Shown: in pieces, positions 54,318 through 64,000 of the stretch
How positions within the stretch are numbered: position 1 is the stretch's first letter
Layout: each line of letters begins with the position of its first letter
Assembly: GCA_028023455.1 (NCBI GenBank)
Contig: JAQFVV010000010.1
Location: 11,160,001 to 11,224,000, forward strand
Source: Epiperipatus broadwayi
Lineage: Eukaryota > Animalia > Onychophora
Direction: 5' to 3'
DNA length: 64,000 nucleotides
Notes under the pieces: generated by a model
What the model was told of the DNA's origin: nothing
What the model saw: only the letters and a program-made list of their open reading frames with translations
Database searches by the model: none
Position numbers and translations under genes: made by a program

Positions 54318-54721
54318 TATACGTATTGTCACACACAGCAAGCTAGAGTAATCAATGGATGCCAGAACACTTGTGCATAAAATCCCCATCTAGTGCCTAC
54401 TCATCCAATATCCCCAGACTAGTTTCTGGCTTGTGGTCTTCATCAGTGAGGAGCTGACGGCCACAAGCCAGAAACTAGTCTGGGGATATTGCATGAGTAG
54501 GCACTAGATGGGGATTTTATGCAAGCTCCTCACTGATAAAGGCCACAAAACAGAAACTAGTCTGGGGATATTGGATGAGTAGGCACTAGATGGGGATTTT
54601 ATGCACAAGCCTTTTGGCATCCATTGATTACTCTAGCTTGCAGTGTGTGGCAATACGTATAGTGAGTTTTTCCTGTTTTAACAACAGTTATACACAAGCA
54701 TAAGAGGTGGTGGTCATGTGA
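54318..54721. mobile_element. H200 palindromic locus: minus copy (HHR 54412-54451), partial plus copy (54459-54522) and full plus copy (HHR 54527-54567)
   Basis: Minus strand cctca-CTGATGA-agaccacaagcca-GAAActaGTC-tgggg; plus strand cctca-CTGATAA-agggccacaaaaca-GAAActaGTC-tgggg. Confidence 0.85.
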
Positions 54722-55065
54722 TAATAAATTCCTTTAAAAAATTTAAACTAGGTTATTTATGATGATAATAGGCTAAAAAAATTGATTAAAGTTAGATGAT
54801 AATGAGTAAATAAATTGATAATAAAATGTAATCTCTGCTAATAAATGATGTAATCGCTAATAATCTGTATTTATTCTAAACCATAAGAAAGTATTTGCAG
54901 ATTATAATCGTAGATCAGCAATGACCCGAGAGTGCCAGGTTAATCTCAATATTCCAGCATCTAAACAGAGGCATACTGCAACTGTAGATTATTAGATATA
55001 CTAAATGCTATATTGTTTAAATACAAACATAGCATATATTTCTAAACTAGATGTAAGTAGAAAGG

Positions 55066-55945
55066 ATTTGAATCCAGACTTTCAAGCTCTCTTCAGTTAT
55101 CCAATCCATCTTATACAAGCGATACACATGACTACATACATATGAAAAAGATAAATAATCTTCAATATACATATTTCATGCTGAATCAGCACTCATCAGT
55201 TTGTCTGGATCATCATTGCCCATATATATACAGTCAGTACTCACTTTATATTAAAATAGTAAATCTTTAAACTTTAATGGACAGGTTTCATTCTTCTTCA
55301 CTCTCCAAGTCTTCAGCCATCTATATCATTGAAAATCTGATGATCCAAACTAACTGGTGAGTGCTGGTTCAGCACCAAATACATCTATTGGAAATCTTTT
55401 TTTTCTCACATGTATGTAATCCTGTGTATCCATTGTATAAGATGGAGTGGATGACTGAAAGGAGTTTGGGTTCAAATCCCCTCTAATTACTTCTAGCTTA
55501 AGCATATATATTTATACTTGTATTTGAATATTACAGATTCAATATGTATTCTTCCTATTCCTCTTCTATGTATTTAAATGGTCTTAAGGTCTTACATATG
55601 AGGAGTCCGAATGCATACGATCAACATGATTATGTCAATAAAATTAGAAAACAAGACTTTGAACATGCCATCACCAGATTTTCAATGATATGAAAAGCTG
55701 AAGAGTTGGAGAGGGGAGAAGATTGAAGTCTGTCCATTAAAGTTTGAAGATTTGCTTTTTTAATATAAACTAAGCACTGATTATATATATATGAGGCAGA
55801 TGGTGAACCAGACCAACTGATGAGCATATATTGGATATTATTTATCTTTTTCATATGTATGTGGTCATGCATATCGGTTGTATAAAATGGAGTGGATGAC
55901 TGAAGGGAGTTTGAAGGTCTGGGTTCAAATCCCCTCTAATCAAAT
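55066..55945. mobile_element. H463 locus: minus copy (55066-55343, HHR 55162-55203) head-to-head with a plus-strand HHR-to-HHR tandem (cores at 55354 and 55817)
   Basis: Minus strand CTGATGA-gtgctg-att-cagcat-GAAA-tatgtat-a-ttga; gggttcaaatccc at 55468 and 55921. Confidence 0.85.
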
Positions 55946-56775
55946 GCTATATTGTGTATATATATATGTGTAACTTTTAATGAGTCATCATATGTATATA
56001 TGAATACAGTTTTTAACTTCTTGTGAATGTGTTTCACTCAATATATTTATAATAGTACTGAAGTTTTGGATTAATATTATCTGGATAATATGGTTGGTTC
56101 AGAAACTGACCACATATGAATCAAATTTTATGAAACCGTGAGATAACTATCAGAAAAAAATTTAAGAGAACATTAAAATTCTAGCTTCATTAATAAACAT
56201 AAACAGCAGAGCTTCTCATTTATATTGAAATATTTTATAAAATATGTCAATCAAAAAAAAAAAACCTGACAAATTAATTACCAATTTCTGTAAAATAATT
56301 AATTAACAGTTAAATTTCAATCTAGGTGATCTGGAGTCAGTTTTGTCTGTAGAAATAGCTTCTAAATGATCCGCATCACCCAGACAATAATTTTATTATA
56401 ATAATAAAATTGGTTGTATTATAATAATAGTGAAACACATGGAAGAATCCAGACCTTTTGTCAATAATTTTTTTTTATCCTAACACATGTACAAGTGTTG
56501 ATCTTGGGTATTTAGGCATAACATTTTTTAATAAATTTTCAAATTTAGTTCACATTGGGCAGTTAGACCATTCTATGATTTATGTTATATAGTAATACTT
56601 ATAATTTATTTTGATAAATTTTCATCATTGCATAACCTTAACTCTTAAGCAAGAATATCACAATCCTTGCATTATTGCTTATATGTTGAAATCATTAACG
56701 AATTTGCTGGCATTAGTTTTAAAATCTGTACTTATATGCAAATTGTCAATTTATGTGTTAGTAAATACATAATAA

Positions 56776-57165
56776 TGCATAAATATATAAATAAGTAATT
56801 AAATAATAATTACAGTAAGGCAAAATAAGCATAAAATAAATTTATTAATCTGCTAAGCCAAGTTTTCAATATGGAGTGTCTTTGTCAAAGTATGTCTGAG
56901 AGTGAGCAAAATATATCGGCATTTCTGCTAGCATAATGAGATAATTACAGTGGGCATAAATTTTAATGAGTTTGTATGTTTGCATATGTGATAATTGAAA
57001 TTATCTCCATATGCTGGCAGAAATGCTGATACATTTTGCTAACTCTCTCAATCATGCTTTGACAAAGATACTCCATATCAAAAGCCTGGCTTAGCCAATT
57101 AATACATTTATTTTATGCTTATTTTGCCTTAGCATAATTATTATTTACTTATTTATATATTGCAT
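56776..57165. repeat. Foldback with about 170-bp arms just upstream of the zinc-finger exon
   Basis: aaggcaaaataagcataaaataaat...gctaagcc...atggagtgtctttgtcaaag mirrored by ctttgacaaagatactccat...ggcttagc...atttattttatgcttattttgcctt. Confidence 0.85.
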
Positions 57166-57346
57166 ATTGCCTAGTAATAACTTTTTCTACCTTTAAATAA
57201 TGCATAAATGTATGCTTGAATGTATATAAAAATGATATTATGAAATAGAATTTTTAGTTTCTAGTAAAGATTTACTTTAACTTATATTTAATTTCAATTT
57301 TAATGATATAAAAATATATTAACATATATTTTCTTGTTGTTTTCAG

Positions 57347-58199
57347 TAAATCTCGTCATTTGCATAATACTGAGATGAAAGCTGATTCGGGACCTTCAAC
57401 ATCAAGAAGAAATACTTTCAAGAAGCAAAAGTTAATGCCTTCAACTTCACAGGCAAAAAAATGCTTCTTCGATCTCCAAGATTCAGAAACAAATGAATCC
57501 CAGGATGACAGTATTGGAAACAATAGTGAAACAAGTACCACTCAATTAGAACAGGAGAGCAAAGGACACGATGATGACAGTTCTGATGATCAACTTCTTT
57601 CAGACAGTTCACTACCACCAAAAAAGAAAAAGAAGTGGTTACGAAGCAGAACCTCACCTACATGTCCACAATGCGGCCATGTATCTGCTAGCAAAAAAGC
57701 TTTAAAAACCCACATGCAGAGGTTACATCCTGAGCATTTGAATTCGGGATTATTAGAAAAAAGTTCTGTGGTGGGTGATCCAGATGTGTTCAAAAAATAT
57801 AATCATGGAATTAAATCAGGAAAACTATATAAAGACTGCTCACCGAATTTATATCCCAAGACAAATATTGAAAAGCATTCACTTACTACTTCTGAAGAAC
57901 AAACATACCACTGTACAAACTGTAACAACACATTTCAACATGTAGTTAGGCTAGATTGTGATAAAAAGGGTCTGAATAGAGAAAATCCTATTCAATGCAG
58001 TCACTGTCACTTCACTTTTCATCAGCTCAAAGAATTAAAAGGAACTGGATCAAGTGCTAATATTAGCACACTGACTATTACTCCAACTGATCCAAAATCA
58101 AAACAATCAACAGCAGAACCCAATCCTCTTCCAGAAATAAACATGCATGAAGTATTTGAAAAATCATTAACATACTATCTAGATCATAATGGTACATAG
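57347..58199 (+). CDS. Large coding exon of a C2H2 zinc-finger protein (one intact finger, two degenerate CxxC units, acidic/Ser-rich region, basic NLS-like PKKKKK)
   Basis: Acceptor ttttcttgttgttttcag at 57346; open frame to the stop at 58199; CPQCGHVSASKKALKTHMQRLH; CTNC and CSHC units lack the His pair. Confidence 0.75.
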
Positions 58200-59439
58200 T
58201 AATATTCATAAATACGTACCTTAGTAAAGGTATTTTATCTTCAATGATTGCTAATGAACTTAAATATTACCAAAGTTTATTCATGTACATACACACATCA
58301 TATACAGGCGAATGTGATATACACAACGTTTAACATAATCAACATTTGAAGGAAAGGTCTTTCATTGTAAAACAAATTCTGTTGTTATTATTATTTAGAG
58401 AATTGAGATTTTGCTGATACAAAATTGTGATATATAACTTAGTTTATACTCTTTTGGGTAATGTTAAGAAGATATTTCAATTGTAAAAAAAAAAAAAGAA
58501 ATATGATTGTCTTATTTTATTTTTTCATTAAGATCTTTCAAATTTAATTATATTATTTACTAACCAATTGCATTCACATATAAAATTTTATCTGGATTCA
58601 ATTTCATATATATGCTCAGGTTAGTGGAATTTGTCTTCTTTGTTATTAAATCAATTTACTTTGAATAAATTATAAATGAAAACTTTTATGTAGACATTCC
58701 ATTATTTACAAAAAAAAAAAGAAATTGTGAAATATTATTATCAAGATTTGTCCATTCATTCTCAGAAGTAATGCAATTATGATTGTTAAATGTATTTAAA
58801 GTTTTGCATTATGAGATATTTGGTAAGTAAGAAAAAGATGAAACAATGTTTAGAATATTCTCACACAAGCCAAGGATTTCTCCAGAATCTCCCTAGAGAA
58901 GAACAGTGAAGAGAAAACAATACCTTCCAGGTCAGTCACTTATTAAATTGTAATGATTTATATATATATATATTGTGTCTAATTAAGAATAGCTAGATAC
59001 CCATTTACCAATCAATGATTGGATGGATAGCTAAATTAGTTATAAATTGAATTTAAAAAAAAAAAAAAAAGTTTATTTTGAAATCCTTAGTTACCTGAAT
59101 AAATTTTAAAATTCAATCTAGATTTGAACTCCATGTTATGGATGTAGCAGATAATTAAGCTTATTACTGCATCACAAGAATTTTAGGATAGTTACTTCAT
59201 ATATATATTGATTGTAAAATTATGAAAAATTAACCAATTTTAACAACTTATAAAGAAGGTTATGGTATATTAAACACTTGATAATTCTATATTTAAATCA
59301 AGAATTAATTTTTCACAATATTCTTATAGAAAAGGATGATTTTTTTAAATGTGCAAGCACACACACAAACATGCATATATATGTACAATGAATTTTTGAT
59401 CCATTTTACTCACTCTGCATTCATTGTCTGCTTTCTTTG

Positions 59440-60175
59440 ATCTCAATATTTCAAAACTCAACCAGATTAGCCAAGAAAATAAAATCTAAACACTACCAAT
59501 GGATTCACTGCTACAGATAGACAAGTGTAAAGAACTACAAAATAACAACATATTTAAACTAAGCATTACCCACAATTCCAATTAACTTTTAAATAAGTTA
59601 ACTGTTTCAGAAGCATACATTTTTAATAATAAAGATTCTTTAATTCTTTTTATTTCATTTCTCTCAAAGAAGACAATCTTAGCTTCATCAAAATTAATAA
59701 TGTGACCTGTATCTTTTACATGGATATATAAGGCAGAACTAAAATACTTATTTCTAACCCTACTTTTAAATAAGTATCTTAGTTCTGCTTTATATATCCA
59801 TGTAAAAGATAGAGGCGACATAATTAACTGGATGAAGCTAAGATTGTCTTCTTTGAGAGAAATGAAATAAAAAGAATTGAAGAAGCTTTATTATTAAAAA
59901 TGTATGAGTCTGAAGCAGTTAACTTATTTAAAAGTTCTAATAATAATGGTGAATGGGAGGTAAGTGGAATTGTGGGTAATGTTTAGTTTAAATATGTTGT
60001 TATTTTGTAGTTCTTTACTCTTGAGAAGTCTGTTTGTAGCAGTGAAATCATTGGTAGTGATTTAGATTTTATTTTTTTGGTTAGTCTGTTTGAGTTGTGA
60101 ATTTGATGTAATTTTGATTATTTATTGACTAGTTTAGCTTTATGTTTTTAATGTGTATATTTTCATGTATTCATT
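59440..60175. mobile_element. Second Penelope-like locus: minus fragment (59440-59770) head-to-head with plus fragment (59770-60175); HHR-like motif about 60017-60060
   Basis: SALYIHVKDTGHIINFDEAKIVFFERNEIKRIKESLLL homologous to the 29 kb ORF; ttgagaagtctgtttgtagcagtgaaatcattggtagtg. Confidence 0.85.
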
Positions 60176-60214
60176 ATTTTTTATATTTTATTTTAAAATA
60201 GCAATATTTTGCAT

Positions 60215-63147
60215 ATCATCATCATCATCATCAACCATTATCAATCCACTGCAAGATGAAGGTCTCCAAGTTCAATCTATCTTCTCCGATCTTTAGCTTC
60301 TCTTCTCCACATCACTCCTGCACACTTTCTTATTTCATCCATCCATCTCACATGTGGTCTCTTTCTGGGTCTTTTACAATCCCTTGGAATCCGATTTAAG
60401 ATTTCAATTGTCCATCTATTATCATCTCTTCTAGCAATATGTCCAGCCTAACTCCACTTCAGTCTTTTAATTTTTTCAATGAGGTCAGTAACACATGTTT
60501 GTTCTCTTACCCATATATTGCATTTTCGAACTCTTCTTGTTATTCCCAACATGCATCTTCCCATACTTCTTTGAGTAGTCTGAAGTCTCTGTATTGCTCT
60601 TCTATTAAGTGTCCAAGTCTCAGATTCATAAGTAAGAATAAAACACATTTATTAAAAACCTTCCTTTTCAAACACATAGGCATATTTCCTTTTAGTATCA
60701 AGTTATTTCTACCAAAAGCACTCCAACCAAGTTTAATTCTATGATTAATTTCATCCATTATGTTTCCATATGTATTAATAATCTGACCAAGATATTTGTA
60801 ACTTAACTTTTTCTAACCATCATAATCAAGCTTTATTTTCATGTTTTGAGAAAATCCATTAAACATTACTTTAGTCTTTTTTAACATTTATCTTTAATCC
60901 TACTTTACTACTTTCATCTGATAACTTCTGCAACATTTCCTGCAGCTCTAAAGCATTATTTGCACAAACAACTACATCATCTGCAAAATCTAAATGATTT
61001 AAATAATCTCCATTTACTTTCACTCCTTTAGCTTCCCATTTTAATCCACAAAATACTTCTTGCAGCACAGCTGTAAAAAGTTTTGGAGGTATGGAGTAAT
61101 CCTGTCTTACACCCTTCTCAACGTTGACTTTCCTAGTATCATTATGTAATCTAATTGTTGCTATTGCATTTTATAAATATTCTTTAAAATATGACAATAT
61201 CCTGGATTTATTCTTGATGATCCAATGCTTTAATCACTGAAGAAATGTCTATAGAATCAAATGCCCTTTTATAATCTACAAATCCAAAGCATAATGGCAA
61301 CTCATATTTATTTGTCCTTTCTATAACTTCTCTCAATACCTGGATATGATCTACTGTACTAAAATCACTTTTAAATCCAGCTTGTTCTCTTGGTTAGTGG
61401 AAATCCAATGTTCTCTGTAGACGAGTTGTAATTATCTTAGTAAAAATTTTGTATGAAACTGATAAAAGGCTGATAGGTCTGTAATTTCTAATATCTTCTT
61501 TATCACCTTTTTTAAATATTAATACTGCATTCTTCCAATCATCCGGTACATCTTTATCATTTAGACATTTGGTATATAACTTTGCTAAAAAAATTTCTAT
61601 TTCTTCACCTGCTTCTTTTAATATATCAATTATAATTCCATCATTACCTGGAGCCTTTCCTTTCTTCATGTCTCACTTCATTTAAAATCCAGGGCAATTC
61701 GGAAGATGTAATAGATATAGGAGGTACTTGTTCTTTATTACTATATAATTCTTGATAAAAATCTTCTACCAATTTCATGATGTCATCTCTCTTTTTAGTA
61801 ATAATTCCATCTTTTTTTCTTATTGCAGATATAAATTTCCTACCAATACCAAAATGTTGTTTTACATTCTTAAGACTTTTATTTTCTTCTACAGCTTTCC
61901 TTGCTAGTTCACAGTTATACTTTCTTATATCATTTTCAACTCTTTTCCGCACCATTTTACACAATTCGAGATATTATCAATTCTTTTTAATGCATCATTT
62001 TTGTATATCTTCATATTCCTTCTTTTCTTCACAAATTCTCTAGTCTCAGTAGAAATTTTATTGGTCAATTGCTGCTTTTTTCTACCAACTATCTTTGTTG
62101 CAGTTTTTAAAAGTGTATCAGTTATTTTCATATTAATTTCATTCAAATGTGAATCATGTTCAAAATCTAATACTTGAAACCGATATGTAAGTTCTAATTT
62201 AAATTCATTAGAACGTTTCTGAAGATTAGGAATATCAACTGTAAATATTGTTTTTCTTAATAATTTTTGTCTCTCTAGTTTTACATTAACACGTATCTTA
62301 CACCTTACTAATCCATGATCACTTTCTGTGTTAAATTTATTAAGAACATTACAATCTTGAAATATATATTTCCTGTTAGTCAAAATATAATCCAATTCTG
62401 CTGTACCTTCATTTGGATGCTTCCATATCCATTTCCTTTTAACATTTTTCTCAAAAAAATAATTCATAATATAAAGTTTTCTTTTTCTGCAAACTCCACA
62501 AGTCTATGTCCTCTCTCATTTCTATTACCATAACCAAAATTACCTACAACACTTTCATCTTTCATTTGTTTACCAATTCTAGCATTAAAGTCTCCCATAA
62601 CAATTTTAAAATGTTGTTTATTCTGATCAAAAGCCTTTTGTACATCCATATAAAAATCTTCTACTACTTCATCACTATGAGAACTTGTTGTGGCATAAAC
62701 CTGAATTATCTGCATTTGGTATCTGCTATTAAGTTGTATAACTAATCTTGCCACTCTGTCTGATACACCATCAATTTCCACAATATTGTTCTTCTACTTT
62801 TTATTTATAATGAATCCTACTCCACTTGTATTTCCAATATTTGTGCCTTTATAATAGAGTATATGTCTACTTTTAAATCAATTGTCTCTTCACCTTTTCT
62901 TCTAACTTCACAAAGTCCAATAATGTCCCATTTAATATAAGAAAGTTCTTCTAATTCTTGCAATTTTTTTTCACTTGAAAGTGATCTGCAGTTGTAAGTA
63001 CCTAAATAAAAAGTCATCATCAAATGGCAGCCTGAGTCCACAATCAGGGAATTCTTAGCACCCTCTGCCTTCGGCCACCTACCACTGCCTTGGTTGGTGA
63101 CCTTACAGTCTCCTGGGAATAAGGGCCATGCTTTATTTTTGTCTGTC
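60215..63147 (-). mobile_element. Near-full-length RTE LINE with stops and frameshifts (APE plus RT), (GAT)n 3' end
   Basis: ORF pieces GTYNCRSL, WDIIGLCEVRR, IVMGDFNARIG, ELDYILT, KAPGNDG, YRPISLL, HLDFADD, LTYESETW, KIKRLKWS; (ATC)n at 60215-60233. Confidence 0.95.
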
Positions 63148-64000
63148 ATAATTGTATATATATATATTGGAAAAATATTTATCATCTACAGAAACATTCA
63201 TTCTGCCTTATCAGGCACTGAGAAGAAAGACCATGGTGTTTCTTGATCTTAAACTCAGAGGTAAGAAGCTAATAAACTCATTACACTGGCTAATGCATGT
63301 TGGTGAGAAGCCATCCAAGTTCGTATACTATATGAATAATCTCATAGTAATAACAGCTGCAGCGACAAGAACGTATGGAATGGACATTAGGAATTTGCCC
63401 TGCTCGGTTCCTTTAAGGCCTCCAAGAGGAATCAAAGGGTCTCCTTTCAGTTAATAGCAAACTCCTTTCTGCAGCCTATATATGTATATTTTGCATATAC
63501 ATATATATATTTTAATTTAAAACATTTCTAAAAAAGTCGTATATTTTTCTCTATTAATTTTTATACTTCAGAAATACTAAATGTTTTACCTTTTTTTAAA
63601 GTTAGAAATTATTAACTTTGTCCCAATTTTTTTCACTTTGCTAAACATGTAAAAAGAAAGATCAATTGAAATATAAAATTGGTCCAAATTTTATTTTTTA
63701 CTTAAAAAAATTTAAATAATTGAATAAATTATTTTTTATAATAATGATTATAGTATTTATTTAAAAAATATTATTTAATCATTATAATTAATTTTAATTC
63801 CAATTTTTAAAACATGTAATTATTGTATTATTAAAATTATATATATACTGTAACTTCATAATATAGACATATGTTCTATCAATAAGTGTGGAATGTTTCA
63901 AATTATATTATCTGAACCGTACTTAAAGGTGATGATGGTTAAGTTGTACTTTATATGTACAGTATTTCAGTGAATAATCATTAATTTTTATTATCTGTAA

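Noticed and set aside
55080-55105. Ultra-minimal HHR reading CTGAAGA-GAGCTT-GAAA-GTC within the tRNA-like part of H463
   Set aside because: There is no room for helix III and other copies vary at the core positions; better explained as part of the Pol III-like segment.
932-55872. Most short ORFs in the supplied track (60-90 aa, F/I/L/K/N-rich, many with TTG/GTG starts)
   Set aside because: Their composition is what AT-rich non-coding DNA gives by chance, or they are antisense or off-frame readings of repeats; no recognisable domains.
3380-57900. Isolated CTGATGA/CTGAAGA hits (e.g. about 3385, 7005, 10985, 23380, 26390, 57593)
   Set aside because: No correctly spaced GAAA, helix II or NUH; expected by chance.
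1-64000. CRISPR array, rRNA or prokaryotic operon
   Set aside because: No regularly spaced repeat-spacer array, no rRNA similarity and no gene-dense organisation; the window is eukaryotic repeat-rich DNA.

Overview
AT-rich, CpG-depleted eukaryotic (probably invertebrate animal) genomic DNA. Most of it looks intronic or intergenic and is packed with transposon remnants. Host gene signal: a large + strand C2H2 zinc-finger exon (57347-58199) that is phase-compatible with a small ATG exon at 7234-7281, which would imply an intron of up to about 50 kb. There are also a few weaker candidate exons near a CpG-retaining patch at about 18.3-18.8 kb. Mobile elements: a near-complete but disrupted RTE LINE (60215-63147, -) and older RTE fragments, two Vingi/Ingi-like LINE remnants, two Penelope-like (GIY-YIG) loci in head-to-head inverted arrangement, mariner and Merlin DNA transposon remnants, seven copies of a short tRNA-derived poly(A) SINE, foldbacks and tandem duplications. 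The main unexpected signal is a set of minimal type I hammerhead ribozyme (HHR) motifs in four different non-coding repeat families and in the Penelope-like 3' ends. Two families form HHR-to-HHR tandem monomers (about 463 bp, with internal Pol III-like boxes, and about 417 bp). Almost all HHR loci share the Penelope-style divergent inverted junction. This suggests a multi-family retrozyme-like system mobilised by the resident Penelope-like element (inference). Element boundaries were read by eye and are approximate. No database searches or folding computations were run.
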